Source: Acidobacteriota bacterium (GTDB lineage: Bacteria > Acidobacteriota > UBA890 > WLXD01). Taken from it: a stretch of DNA of 64,000 nucleotides. Numbering within the stretch: position 1 is the first letter of the stretch; every line of letters begins with the position of its first letter. Location: positions 512,001 through 576,000 of the forward strand of contig CBDBHB010000008.1 in the NCBI GenBank assembly GCA_965205505.1, read 5' to 3'. The position numbers were made by a program, and so were the translations under genes. Below, piece after piece: positions 43,360 to 53,488 of the stretch. The notes under the pieces were generated by a model. The model searched no databases. It had not been told where the DNA came from and saw nothing but the letters and a program-made list of their open reading frames with translations.

Positions 43360-43587
43360 TTATAAGTAACTCTGGAAGACGAACCTAGTGCCCATCTTAA
43401 AGGCACTTCGCTTCTCTGCTCTCGTAATCAACAACTTCACCTTCAAGCCTAGTTCATCTGTTGGCGCTGCAATAACAAGCTGGCTCTCCGTTGGCTTTAC
43501 CTCGCACGTCCGCTGATCACATCTACGGAATCTTCTCCAAACTTTTTCTTCTTCTTTGCGGATTCTCTCCACTATTTCCTTCTTCAT
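43360..43587 (-). CDS. Hypothetical protein
   Basis: 75 aa; GAGGTGA SD 6 nt before ATG. Confidence 0.6.
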   Translation of the reverse strand: MKKEIVERIRKEEEKVWRRFRRCDQRTCEVKPTESQLVIAAPTDELGLKVKLLITRAEKRSAFKMGTRFVFQSYL

Positions 43588-44564
43588 TACCTTTCACCTC
43601 TGTTGTATTCGCTTTCCGACCCCAAAAGGGTGGGCCTCTTCGGGCCTTCTCCGACCAAGAGGGTCCGCCTGCCGATATGTCTTTAGGCCGTTAGGCCGAC
43701 CGGAGAGCAGCGGGGAGCGTCGTGGAGGGGAAAGACTTACGTGCAGGCGGAGAATCTATAACCAGCTAGACAAACACTTGGGCAGCCTGACTCGTTGGGA
43801 GCCTTTTGTGCGGTAGAACTCGGCATCATCACTGGAGCTGCGTGACGTTCCGTGTAGACACATGCAGACTGCGTCAGGACAGAAACTGGCGGGAGCCATA
43901 TCACCCTTCGCGGCTCTAGGCCATATGCTTCAAACCGAACCCGCAGAGAGCAATAGCCGCGACCCTCATGCCCCTTCGTTCCGACAGAGAGAAGATCATG
44001 TCCCGAAACAATAACCACGAGATTCGGTTCGAAGATCAGAACCGCGAAGGCAGAAATGCCTCCCGTTGGCAGCAGGAGTGTGCCGCAAGAGACGCGGTCG
44101 TTTTCCACGCCGTGAGACCGCGCGCCTAGGACGCTCCGAGCAAGCGGGCGTCAGCAGACACCGTTGGTAAATTCGATCTACAACGGCCTTCTCTGCTTGA
44201 CTCGGTCCATTTCAAGTTAACAGATGAAGCTTATGATGAAACAAAGACCTGTATACAAAATTGAAGAAAAACCACATTATCAAACAGAAACGCTATGGGC
44301 TGATAGTTATACTTAATGTTTCCTGCTTCTTTCATGTAATATACAGTGAACTTGACAATAGTTATTACGTAACTACTATTATTCTATTGTTAGAGACGAG
44401 ACTGATTTCCCACCTCACCACTACGCCACCCGTCCCCCTGGGGTGTTATTAGATGTATTTAAGTTTTGTAATGCAGATTAGTAGCTAGTCTGTCGTCAAT
44501 ATCATCGAACCTCTACGCTTTTTCTAGTTGATAGAAATCGTTACTCATGATGGCAACAGATAAC

Positions 44565-44765
44565 TCATCCTTTAGCTGCTGCCGGCCTTTGCACGCTCTC
44601 ACTGAACCGTGACGCCTGGAGAATCTCAACTCCAATCAGGTCGCCGTTCTCATCCAATTCGACATTGACCCCTGGGACAATCTCTTCAAAACTCTCCTGC
44701 TTGCCCTCTTTCACTAGTATGAAGAGAGAGTCAGATTCTTCGTCGTAGTTGTATTGCTTACTCAT
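44565..44765 (-). CDS. DUF2283 family putative antitoxin
   Basis: YDEESDSLFI...VELDENGDLIGVEILQAS. Confidence 0.88.
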   Translation of the reverse strand: MSKQYNYDEESDSLFILVKEGKQESFEEIVPGVNVELDENGDLIGVEILQASRFSESVQRPAAAKG

Positions 44766-45048
44766 TCTTCGTCCACCTCTTGTTAGCAATTCGGTTGATC
44801 ATCTGTTCTTCCCGTATCGGATGTATCGTTATAATTTCGACAGTATCATTCTTGTTGTAGGCAATCATCATCTGTCGCATTTTGCTGTTGTATTCCAAGC
44901 GCTTGATAGCGATAAGCGTCCGCTCGACCGTATCAAAGAACTTCTGGTCGGGCTCTTCCAAGACGAGCCTGGGATACTCACGCGGTATCCTCCGGGCCTT
45001 CAATCTCAGCTCTAGATGGCTCGTGTAAACAACTCTTGCCCTTTGCAT
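44758..45048 (-). CDS. DUF4258-like (BrnT/RelE-fold) putative toxin
   Basis: YTSHLELRLKARRI...EPD...IITIHP; overlaps DUF2283 gene. Confidence 0.75.
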   Translation of the reverse strand: MQRARVVYTSHLELRLKARRIPREYPRLVLEEPDQKFFDTVERTLIAIKRLEYNSKMRQMMIAYNKNDTVEIITIHPIREEQMINRIANKRWTKNE

Positions 45049-45181
45049 CTCTTGTAGATCGCTGAGTCTATAAAGCTATCGATTGCGAAAATCAGAGCGA
45101 GCGTCGTTCCAGTAGCTCCATTCTACTACCCGAACAGGCCGGGCCGGCCGGGCGTCACTGGACTTCCACTGAAGACGGGAC

Positions 45182-46507
45182 TTAGGATCTGTTCTGTACC
45201 AAGCCCTTCCCCACCTCAACCTTCGGAAACGCCACGTGTAGAGGACACCGCACTCGTCCTTTCAACGCAACAACGGCCTCTCCAACCTCGAGTAGATCGA
45301 TATAACCACGCTCCTCGTCATCCAGATTCAGACAACGAGCCATATCATCAACATCGTCGCCATTTCCTAGGTTGAAAACAATCTTGCAGTAGGTGTTCGC
45401 CTTGATGGAGTTGCTGAGCTTCGTCGGCTCCTGATCTATCACAACAACAGCTTCTCCAAATTCACGAATCTGACGCAGGCTCGTTTCGAGAATCGTCTCA
45501 GCCCCTTCCGCGCGTTCCTTCCGCCGAGACAGCACATGATGCCCTTCTTCGATGACGAGAGCGTGCTTGAAGACTTCGCGATTTCCTTCGTGTTTCCTGA
45601 ACTCGTAGAGCCACAGAATCACAGCCTCTGTGAGGAACACCTTATCTACGTCTGACAGGACGTCGAGTTCGAGCACGGCCGGAGCGTTGAGAAGCTGCTC
45701 GTCAAGCGCAGAATCAGTGTTCACCACCGGACCAAGGCCGTGGCGGAAGCACAGGCTTTCGAAAACGCGCACTGCGGATGCCTTCCACAGTTGCATCCTT
45801 CCCTGCGCGCGCTTCTTCAGCACACGATAGCGCACCAACAAGAACGTCGGCGTCCCCGTTGATGATTCATCATAGAACCCGCATTCGTCATACACGGTGT
45901 CGATGGCTTCCCTGAGCAAATACTCAACTCCTTCTCCCACGAAGTAGGCATGCTTGATAACATCGACTAGTTTCATCAGCCATTCGCCCGGCGCGGTGCC
46001 GGGAGGCGGAATCACCGGATTGAACTTGAATGGCTCAACATCGCCGCCAGGCCTATAGACACGTAGCTCCTTGAACTCCGGAAGCTGGCGAAGATCGCGG
46101 TAGTTGCGCTTCCAGTCAAATACCATGAATGGCTTCTTGTTCTTCTGGAACTCTCTCAGCATGTGGAAGACGAGATTCGTCTTTCCCGTGCCTGTCATCC
46201 CAACAATGAGCATGTGCTTGATCCAGTCGTCCTCCCGCATGCCGAAGCCACAGTATGTCTTTTCAGGCGGATAGCGGACGGTGCCGAGAACATACTTTCC
46301 ATAGCAGAGCGAAGGATGCGGCGGATCTAGCAGAATTCTCTTGCGATAGTCCTTCGCGAGCTTCTGAAACAGAAGAACGTCAACTAGCTCACTAGCGTGG
46401 CTACGCTCCTCGCCTTCCCCAGACAGATAGAGCAGCCAACCTTTGTCGCCTCTTCCCTTCCCCAGGGGAGCGAGCTTCCGCAGTTTCTCCTCAGTGCTCT
46501 CTCTCAT
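45182..46507 (-). CDS. HerA/FtsK-superfamily (DUF87-like) ATPase
   Basis: HMLIVGMTGTGKT Walker A, FDWK, VIEEGH Walker B, QIREFGE...IDQ.P. Confidence 0.85.
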   Translation of the reverse strand: MRESTEEKLRKLAPLGKGRGDKGWLLYLSGEGEERSHASELVDVLLFQKLAKDYRKRILLDPPHPSLCYGKYVLGTVRYPPEKTYCGFGMREDDWIKHMLIVGMTGTGKTNLVFHMLREFQKNKKPFMVFDWKRNYRDLRQLPEFKELRVYRPGGDVEPFKFNPVIPPPGTAPGEWLMKLVDVIKHAYFVGEGVEYLLREAIDTVYDECGFYDESSTGTPTFLLVRYRVLKKRAQGRMQLWKASAVRVFESLCFRHGLGPVVNTDSALDEQLLNAPAVLELDVLSDVDKVFLTEAVILWLYEFRKHEGNREVFKHALVIEEGHHVLSRRKERAEGAETILETSLRQIREFGEAVVVIDQEPTKLSNSIKANTYCKIVFNLGNGDDVDDMARCLNLDDEERGYIDLLEVGEAVVALKGRVRCPLHVAFPKVEVGKGLVQNRS

Positions 46508-46796
46508 TGTTCTGGAACAGCCGCTTGTGTAGAGCGAGCACGTCTTTGAAGCACTTGATTTCTTCGAGTAGCTTGAGCCTCTTCGTGTCGTTCAACTTCT
46601 TGATGAGTTCCTCGGATTCCCGTTCCAAACGCTCGATTTCCTCATCATGAAGTTGTTCCCTGTTACGGATTAGGTAGCTGATTACATCTCTCAGCTCAGC
46701 CCCGCTCGCCGTCACCTTGAGTAGCTCGTCGATGGCGTGCCTTCTTTGCTTATCGTTGTTTGTAACGTCCTTCCTTGACGTTGCTTTGTCTTCCAT
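46491..46796 (-). CDS. Hypothetical helical protein, overlapping the ATPase start
   Basis: 101-aa charged helical ORF. Confidence 0.6.
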   Translation of the reverse strand: MEDKATSRKDVTNNDKQRRHAIDELLKVTASGAELRDVISYLIRNREQLHDEEIERLERESEELIKKLNDTKRLKLLEEIKCFKDVLALHKRLFQNNEREH

Positions 46797-46989
46797 CTTG
46801 TATCAGGAATCGATAGAGAATCTCCGTTCTTAAGCTTTATAGTGCATCCTGCACTTCTCAGGGCCATTGAAACGCGTTAGCTGACCATTTGCAGGCGTGC
46901 CAGGCCTTCGGCTTCGATCGACTTGAAATTGGGTGAAGCCGTTATATAGTCCCCCCGCATTTACAACGACAGGAAAAGGGGATCACCTA

Positions 46990-47437
46990 ATGACCGAGGT
47001 AACGCTCACAAGGCCAACGAAACCTATGATGGAGGCTGTCAACGCTTCTTATCGCCGGCAACCAACAAGCGGTGGATGGGTTTGTGAAGCAGCACAAGCT
47101 AGACCGCCAGCTATTAGACAGATACGTGGCGAAGCGTGCGGGTAAGTCTTACGGCCTTACGCGTCAGAAGCGAGGCAAGAAGAAAGCCACGAAGAAGAGA
47201 GCGAAGAAAGCGCCGCCTCACGCTGAGGTACAAGATGTCCTGACGATGCTCGACCGCCGAACCAAGGTAGCTACGCTGCTAAGGTTGCAGGCCAAGGTAG
47301 CGGACTTAATCGCTCAGAAGGACGCGGAAGAGGTCGCCGCCATGCAGAGCACTCTCAAAAATCTCGAGAAGTTTCGCGAGCAGGCAGACGCGGCCGCCAA
47401 GAAGGTGAAGGACGCAGAAGCTCTACTAGGGATGTGA
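46990..47437 (+). pseudogene. Basic coiled-coil protein, apparent single-base frameshift near 47047
   Basis: MTEVTLT...VNA then LIAGNQQAVDGF...KRGKKKATKKRAKK in next frame. Confidence 0.5.
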
Positions 47438-47610
47438 GTCCCGACCGTCCAGCGTCCATCAAGCGCACACCCTACTTCTTTAACGTCGACTACTACCCGC
47501 GGACCGAGTACGAAGAATCATCTCCGGTACAGCGAAGGACGCGGGAATGCTCGTGATCTGCCATAGGCTGCTGGCCACGAGCGCGGCGCGCGAGGAGTTG
47601 GCCGATTACA

Positions 47611-48690
47611 GGCGTTGGTGCATGGCTCCTGATCTCAGTGCATCATCGTGGCAAGGTCCCCGATCTGGAGTTGCCACCCATGAAGTACCCGAAACGGAGC
47701 CAATACAAGTACGCGAAGTCTCGATATCGGATTCGCAATTGGCCTGAGTACGAGGCGGGCCTACAAAGACGAGGCAACGTTACGGTATGGTTTTCCGCCG
47801 ATGCCCTCGACTCCTGGTGGGCTCCACCTAGCGGGAAACCCGGCGGCCAACGCACCTACGCGGACATCGCAATCGAGGCAGCTCTCACGATCCGCATGGT
47901 CTTCCACCTTCCGCTCCGGCAGACCGAGGGCTTCCTGCGTTCTCTCGCAGACATGCTGCACGTGGAGATCCCTATTCCCGACCATACGCCTCTGTCCCGA
48001 CGGCTCAAGAAGCTTGGCGAGATTCCATTTCGTGCGGTCGCGAGCGATCAACCTATCCACCTGCTCATCGACAGTACGGGGCTCCGGATTCATGTCGGCC
48101 ATCTGCGCAAGCCACCGAAGCACAGAGCCTGGCGGAAGCTGCACCTGGCGGTCGACGCGAGTACGGGCGAGATCGTTGCCTCGGATCTGACCGGTCGTCG
48201 GACGCGTGACTGTGCTCGAGTTCCTGTGTTACTCGAACAGATCGACGATCCGGTGGCGTCCATCTCTGCAGACGGTGCCTACGACACCGAGGGGGTCTAC
48301 GAAGCGGCTCAAGCAAGGGGCGACGGGCGAGCAGTCAGAGTGGTCATTCCACCTGGACGCAACGCCCGGTTGCGTCCAAGACCGTCGGATGCGTTGAAGG
48401 AGAGAAACCGGAACGTTTGCTCCATCAGCAGACTCGGCCGACGCGAGTGGCACACGCGATCCGGCTACAGCAGCGCGCCATGGTCGAGAACGCGATCTAT
48501 CGATACAAGACGATCATCGGCCGAGACTTGAGGAGTCGCACGTTGGTGGGCCAACGCGTGGAGGTGCGACTTGCGTGCAGGATCCTCAATACGATGGCTC
48601 GTCTCGGGATGCCCGACAGCTACCGAGCGGCGTGATTCCATCTCGGACGAGGAACGAACTGTCCTGAGCTCCGAGCCATGCACCAACGCC
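47611..48690 (+). mobile_element. IS5-family (IS903-like) element; transposase 47680-48635 frameshifted near 48470
   Basis: Perfect 18-bp TIR GGCGTTGGTGCATGGCTC; RNWPEYE..L..RG, IDSTG, WRKLH, ADGAYD; no matching TSD. Confidence 0.93.
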
Positions 48691-48958
48691 CGTTCGGTCT
48701 GGAGTGAGGCCATGGTAACGCTCACTCCGCTGCGATATTACCGGGGATCGTGCTGACAGTCCGTCTTGTCGACTGGCAGGCTTCAACAACCTCTTGTCAG
48801 CACCGAGTTACTGAGAATAAGACGTGATACTAACCGAGGGGGCAGGTCACTTCGATCGATCGTGCCGCTCGGCGCAGCCGCTCAGGAAGTCGTCTACTTG
48901 GTTCGCCACCCCGAGAGGTGCAGGGTGGGAGGATCCGCCCGAAAGACGTCCCTCTTAC

Positions 48959-50179
48959 TTATTGACCCACTTTAAACTTAGCAGCTTCTCCAGATCCGCC
49001 GGTTGCATCACCCTCAGTGTAGGAATGTGCTCCGGCTCCTGCGAGCTTTCCGCCTTCCACGATAAGATATTCTTCTCGTATTTGCCTATCATCAAACCAG
49101 CATTCCAAGATTTCCTTGACGCCCGCTGCGTATCGAGCTTGAGCCGCCAGCGAAGTTCCGGATGTATGTGGCGTCATTGCATGGTTTGGCATTGTTCGCC
49201 AAGGGTGATCTCTTGGTGCTGGCTGTGGAAACCAAACATCCCCGGCATAACCGGCTAATTGGCCGCTCTCAAGTGCTCTTGCAACTGCATTACGATCACA
49301 GATCTTTCCCCGAGCAGTATTAACAAGATAAGCTCCACGCTTCATCTTGCCAATCATCTCGTCATCAAAGAGGTGTTCCGTCTCGGGATGAAGTGGACAA
49401 TTAACCGACACAACGTCGCAGACCTCGACCATAGACTCAACGCTATCGTGAACGGTTAAATCAAGTTCCTCTTCAACCTCTGGTGGGAGTCTATGTTTAT
49501 CAAAGTAATGGAGTTCTACATCGAAAGGCTTCATACGTCTTAGAACTGCTGAACCAATTCGACCTGCTCCTCCAACGATACCCACTCGCATTCCTTCAAC
49601 GTCATAAGACCTTGATACGCAATCAGCGATATTCCATCCTCCTTTGATAACCCAATTATATGAGGGAATGTAATTTCGAACGAGCGTCAAGATCATCATC
49701 ACAACATGCTCGGATACACTGATGCTGTTACAATAAGTGACCTCCGCCACCGTGATATCGTTATCGATAGCGGCTTGTAAGTCCACATGATCTGAACCAA
49801 TACCTGCTGTAATCGCCAGTTTCAATTTGGGCGAGTTAGCAACTCTTTCCGCAGTTATATACGCAGGCCAAAACGGTTGTGAGATAACAATGTCAGCATC
49901 AACGATTTCTTTTTCGAAGACGGAATCCGGACCGTCTTTATCAGCGGTAACAACAAATCGATGGCCGCGGCCTTCGACGAAGTTCCGTAGACGAAGTTCG
50001 CCAGAGACACATCCAAGAAGATCCCCAGGATGGAAATCTATCGCGCTCGGTGATGGCATTGATTGCCCATCAGGATAATGAGGTAGATTCGGGATATCGC
50101 GGCGCGCATATTGTGGCGGATATCCATCTACGGGATCATCATATAAGACACAGACGATCTTCAGGTTGTCTTTGCCCAT
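48959..50179 (-). CDS. fdh: NAD-dependent formate dehydrogenase
   Basis: LLGCVSGELRLR, ISQPFWPAY, GIGSDH, AGRIG, GDVWFPQP, TPHTSG. Confidence 0.95.
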   Translation of the reverse strand: MGKDNLKIVCVLYDDPVDGYPPQYARRDIPNLPHYPDGQSMPSPSAIDFHPGDLLGCVSGELRLRNFVEGRGHRFVVTADKDGPDSVFEKEIVDADIVISQPFWPAYITAERVANSPKLKLAITAGIGSDHVDLQAAIDNDITVAEVTYCNSISVSEHVVMMILTLVRNYIPSYNWVIKGGWNIADCVSRSYDVEGMRVGIVGGAGRIGSAVLRRMKPFDVELHYFDKHRLPPEVEEELDLTVHDSVESMVEVCDVVSVNCPLHPETEHLFDDEMIGKMKRGAYLVNTARGKICDRNAVARALESGQLAGYAGDVWFPQPAPRDHPWRTMPNHAMTPHTSGTSLAAQARYAAGVKEILECWFDDRQIREEYLIVEGGKLAGAGAHSYTEGDATGGSGEAAKFKVGQ

Positions 50180-50325
50180 TTTGCTCCACCTGGTTGTCTA
50201 ATCCGATCATTCCCCATGTGACATCTTGGCAAGCCCAGCGCTTGCCCCGAAGGACGTCAAACTACCGCCTTCCCCCGACAAGGCTGCCCTCTGTCGCGGG
50301 AGCTGTCTGCGTGGCCGCGGAACCG

Positions 50326-50464
50326 AGAGGTGGACCCCATCCTTCGGACAGGTTTTCGTCACCGCTAGGGTGGAATCTGGGTTGATGATTCAGGCAGCCT
50401 CCTCGTCAGTGTACGCGTCATCGGGCGTCAGGTCACCCAGCGACGAGTAGGGGCGCCGATATTG
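50326..50464 (-). mobile_element. IS3-family 3' end remnant
   Basis: RRPYSSLGDLTPDDAY* followed by right-TIR-like CTGTCC...GGGTCCACCTC. Confidence 0.6.
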
Positions 50465-50850
50465 ACGCCGGTTGCTCGGGGTCACCTCCCGGGGAAGGAA
50501 CCGAGGCTTCGGGAGGTTCAGACGGTCGTGCTAATTGACGGTCAGCAGCACTAGCCGGCCACATCGCGCCCGTTTGAGGTTCATCTGTTCAATATCCACC
50601 TGTCTGCACGTCGGCCCCGGCTCGGGACACCGGTGCTGGGCCGGTGGTTCGAGGGTATGAGCTACAGGGTATCTACTTCATCCCGGCGATCCTCGGAGCT
50701 TTCGGAGTACTCGTCCTCGCCATCGATTTGCTCAGCAGTTTTGGAAGCGTCTGTCAGGGAAAGCAAGCCGAAACGAGCTAGCCGCAAGGAAGAGGCGTGA
50801 AACGGTCAGCGTGCGCGGTAGTTGTGCGCCGCGTGGCCGAGGCCGGACAC

Positions 50851-51324
50851 TCAGTGGGTGACGTGGCTGAAGGTGCCGCGCCGGGGGTGTACGAGTCGCT
50901 CATAGTCTTGGAACGACATCCTGAACGTCTCGCGGTGATTGCCGGCGTTGAAGACGATGTACTCGTCGGCGGCGAGGCTCTCGTCGATGATTACCGGGAC
51001 GTCGTAGAGGTTGCCGAAGGGCGGCATGGCGCCCACTTCACAGTCCTCGAAGACCGCTCCGAACTCCTCCTCGGCCGCTAGCCGAACGCGCTCGGCGCCG
51101 ACCGCCTTGGCCGCGGTGTCGAACTCGATCTCGTGGTGCGCAGGGACGCAGAGCATCACCAGGCTGTCATCCGCCTTCACCATGACGACCTTGACGAAGT
51201 TCTTCCCGGGGACGTGCTCGGCGGCCGCGACCTCCTGCGCGGTATAGGTCTCGGGATGCACCACCACGGAGAACTCGGCTCCGTGCTCCTGCAAGTAGCT
51301 CGCAAGTCGTTGACGTCCGTCCAT
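50851..51324 (-). CDS. YbaK/EbsC aminoacyl-tRNA deacylase family protein
   Basis: HPETYTAQE, VKVVM, DCEVGAMPPFG, FNAGNH. Confidence 0.9.
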   Translation of the reverse strand: MDGRQRLASYLQEHGAEFSVVVHPETYTAQEVAAAEHVPGKNFVKVVMVKADDSLVMLCVPAHHEIEFDTAAKAVGAERVRLAAEEEFGAVFEDCEVGAMPPFGNLYDVPVIIDESLAADEYIVFNAGNHRETFRMSFQDYERLVHPRRGTFSHVTH

Positions 51325-51362
51325 CTCTCCCTCCCGACCCGGCAGGCCAACAGTCACACCCT

Positions 51363-52532
51363 CTAGCGGCTCGCCCCGACAGTGTCCCCTTCCGGCGCCG
51401 GTTGTAAAGCCAGTCGAACCGGTTGCCGCTTCGGGCCCCAGGAGCCGGGGGCCGATTCGAAAACACCGGCGCACGGGGTGCCGCACGCGGCACAAGCGCC
51501 GGCGGTCGGGTTCGCGCCCCCGTCTCCCTGCACATCCAGGTTCCACGCGGTCAGCAGGTACCAGTCGCGACCGATGAGGCGCTCCCCGCAAGCGTGACTA
51601 TAGGTGCTGCCCCCTTGTTCATCGTGGACGTTGCCGGTGTAGGCGTAGCGGACACCGTTGCTCACGGCGATCTCGCGGGCCCGCACCAGCGTCGCGGCCG
51701 GGGTCCTGGGTCGGTCCATCATCTTGTAATCGGGATGGAAGGCGGTGAAGTGGACGGGCACCGCGGGGCCGAGCTTGTCGACGATCCAGGCGCTCATCTC
51801 GTCGAGCTCCGCATCGGAGTCGTTGAGGCCGGGAATCAAGAGGTTGGTGATCTCGAACCAGACGTCGGTCTCGTGGGCGAGGTACTCGAGCGTCTCTAGC
51901 ACCGGGGCCAGCTCCGACAGCGTCACGCTCTTGTAGAACTCCTCGGTAAACGCTTTCAGGTCGACGTTGGCCGCGTCCATGTGGGCATAGAACTCGGCCC
52001 TGGGTTCGGTGCACACGTAGCCGGCTGTCACCGCCACCGTTTTGATTCCCCTCTCGCGGCAGGCATCGGCGACGTCGATCGCATACTCGTGAAAGATCAC
52101 GGGATCGTTGTAGGTGAAGGCTATGCTGCGCGAGCCCGATTCCTCGGCGGCGCGAGCCATCGCCTCGGGCGTCGCCTGGTCGGCGAGCGTATCGAACTCC
52201 CGTGACTTGCTGATATCCCAGTTCTGGCAGAATCGGCATGCGAGGTTGCAACCGGCCGTGCCAAACGACAGGACAGGGGTTCCGGGCAGGAAGTGGTTCA
52301 GTGGCTTCTTCTCGATCGGATCAACGCAAAAACCGCTCGAGCGACCGTAGCTCGTGAGAACGATCTGGTCCCCGTCACTGGCGCGCACGAAGCAGTGGCC
52401 CTGCTGCCCCTCGCGCAGCCGGCAGTAGCGCGGGCACAGATCGCACTGGATGCGGCCGTCTTCGAGCTGGTGCCAAAAGCGGCCGGGGTAGACATCGGGC
52501 GCCGTGGAGATTTGTCCCGAAAGAGCGGTCAT
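51363..52532 (-). CDS. amrS: AmmeMemoRadiSam system radical SAM enzyme
   Basis: CDLCPRYC, DPIEKKPLNHF, GCNLACRFCQNWDIS, FTYNDP, HFTAFHP. Confidence 0.92.
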   Translation of the reverse strand: MTALSGQISTAPDVYPGRFWHQLEDGRIQCDLCPRYCRLREGQQGHCFVRASDGDQIVLTSYGRSSGFCVDPIEKKPLNHFLPGTPVLSFGTAGCNLACRFCQNWDISKSREFDTLADQATPEAMARAAEESGSRSIAFTYNDPVIFHEYAIDVADACRERGIKTVAVTAGYVCTEPRAEFYAHMDAANVDLKAFTEEFYKSVTLSELAPVLETLEYLAHETDVWFEITNLLIPGLNDSDAELDEMSAWIVDKLGPAVPVHFTAFHPDYKMMDRPRTPAATLVRAREIAVSNGVRYAYTGNVHDEQGGSTYSHACGERLIGRDWYLLTAWNLDVQGDGGANPTAGACAACGTPCAGVFESAPGSWGPKRQPVRLALQPAPEGDTVGASR

Positions 52533-52831
52533 CGTCTTTGAGATAGCGCGGGTAAACCGTTCCCGTATTCAACAAGCGCCGAGCGGCCGTGGACACTGGG
52601 CTGGTTGGGCGGTACGAAAACGCCTTCCTCGATGAAGCATGCGGCCCAGCCTTCCCAGTCTCGCGTGCGAAAGGCCTCTTCCACCGCCCGCACGTGGTCC
52701 CCGAGTGCTGCAAAGGCTTCTGAATACAGCATGATTCCCCTCCTGGTCGGTACTCGTGCTATTGGCAGCCGTCGTTGAACCCGGCCGAACTCGGCTCCGT
52801 CCTCGTCTCGTACGACGAGGGTGTCGCCCAT
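52529..52831 (-). CDS. Hypothetical protein with truncated NTF2/SnoaL-like segment
   Basis: EAFRTRDWEGWAACFIEEGVFVPPNQPSVHGR. Confidence 0.4.
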   Translation of the reverse strand: MGDTLVVRDEDGAEFGRVQRRLPIARVPTRRGIMLYSEAFAALGDHVRAVEEAFRTRDWEGWAACFIEEGVFVPPNQPSVHGRSALVEYGNGLPALSQRR

Positions 52832-52862
52832 CGATGACCTCGAGCGTATTCATGGGCGGGGC

Positions 52863-53075
52863 CTACTCCTCGAGCTCGTGAAGACCGGCCATCTGTCGAT
52901 GTCCGTTGACCTGAGCCTGACTGAGGTCGATCCGCAAATGACCGCAGCCGCAGTAGTCGACCGCTCCGGTAGATAGGTTCGAGGCGTGAACCCGGACGAT
53001 ACGCCTGCACTTGCACCGATAGCTGACCTGCCCTGACAGAAGGTCCATCTTTAAGGGGATGAGCTGGCTTCTCAT
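52863..53075 (-). CDS. Small Cys-rich (zinc-ribbon-like) protein
   Basis: CKC...CGCG; ATGA overlap with upstream ORF. Confidence 0.5.
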   Translation of the reverse strand: MRSQLIPLKMDLLSGQVSYRCKCRRIVRVHASNLSTGAVDYCGCGHLRIDLSQAQVNGHRQMAGLHELEE

Positions 53076-53398
53076 TGGGCCGCCTTGGCCCGCAGGCCGG
53101 CCAGGCGCTTAGCCAGCCTCTCTGGAACGGCCCCAAGGGCCTTCGCTTGTCGTTCGTACCGCTCGAGGATCGCGAGCTCGTCGGCCGGCTGCTCCTTCTT
53201 CCGGTAGATGATGGCCAGGTGTTCGTAGTACCACGGATCAACCCCCCAGCCTCCGCCGTCGGCCTCGGCCTCGGAGGCGTCCACCAGGCGCAGGAGAAGC
53301 TCCTTCGCGCCATCGAGGTCGCCCACCCGCTTGAGGCGACGAACCTCCACCACGTAGGCCGAGTAGTGCCGTCCGTCGACGAAGCCCAGCTTGCTCAT
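53072..53398 (-). CDS. TPR-like hypothetical protein
   Basis: PWYYEHLAIIYRKK...ELAILERY. Confidence 0.65.
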   Translation of the reverse strand: MSKLGFVDGRHYSAYVVEVRRLKRVGDLDGAKELLLRLVDASEAEADGGGWGVDPWYYEHLAIIYRKKEQPADELAILERYERQAKALGAVPERLAKRLAGLRAKAAQ

Positions 53399-53488
53399 GC
53401 TCGTCGGCCTCTCACTGGAGGGCTCGGTAGGTGGTCGGGGTCATGGGACGGGACGCGCTGCAGCCGTGAAGGGGCACCGGATCAAGCG

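Noticed and set aside
44200-44560. Very AT-rich stretch as replication origin or small gene
   Set aside because: No iterons, DnaA boxes or convincing ORF recognised
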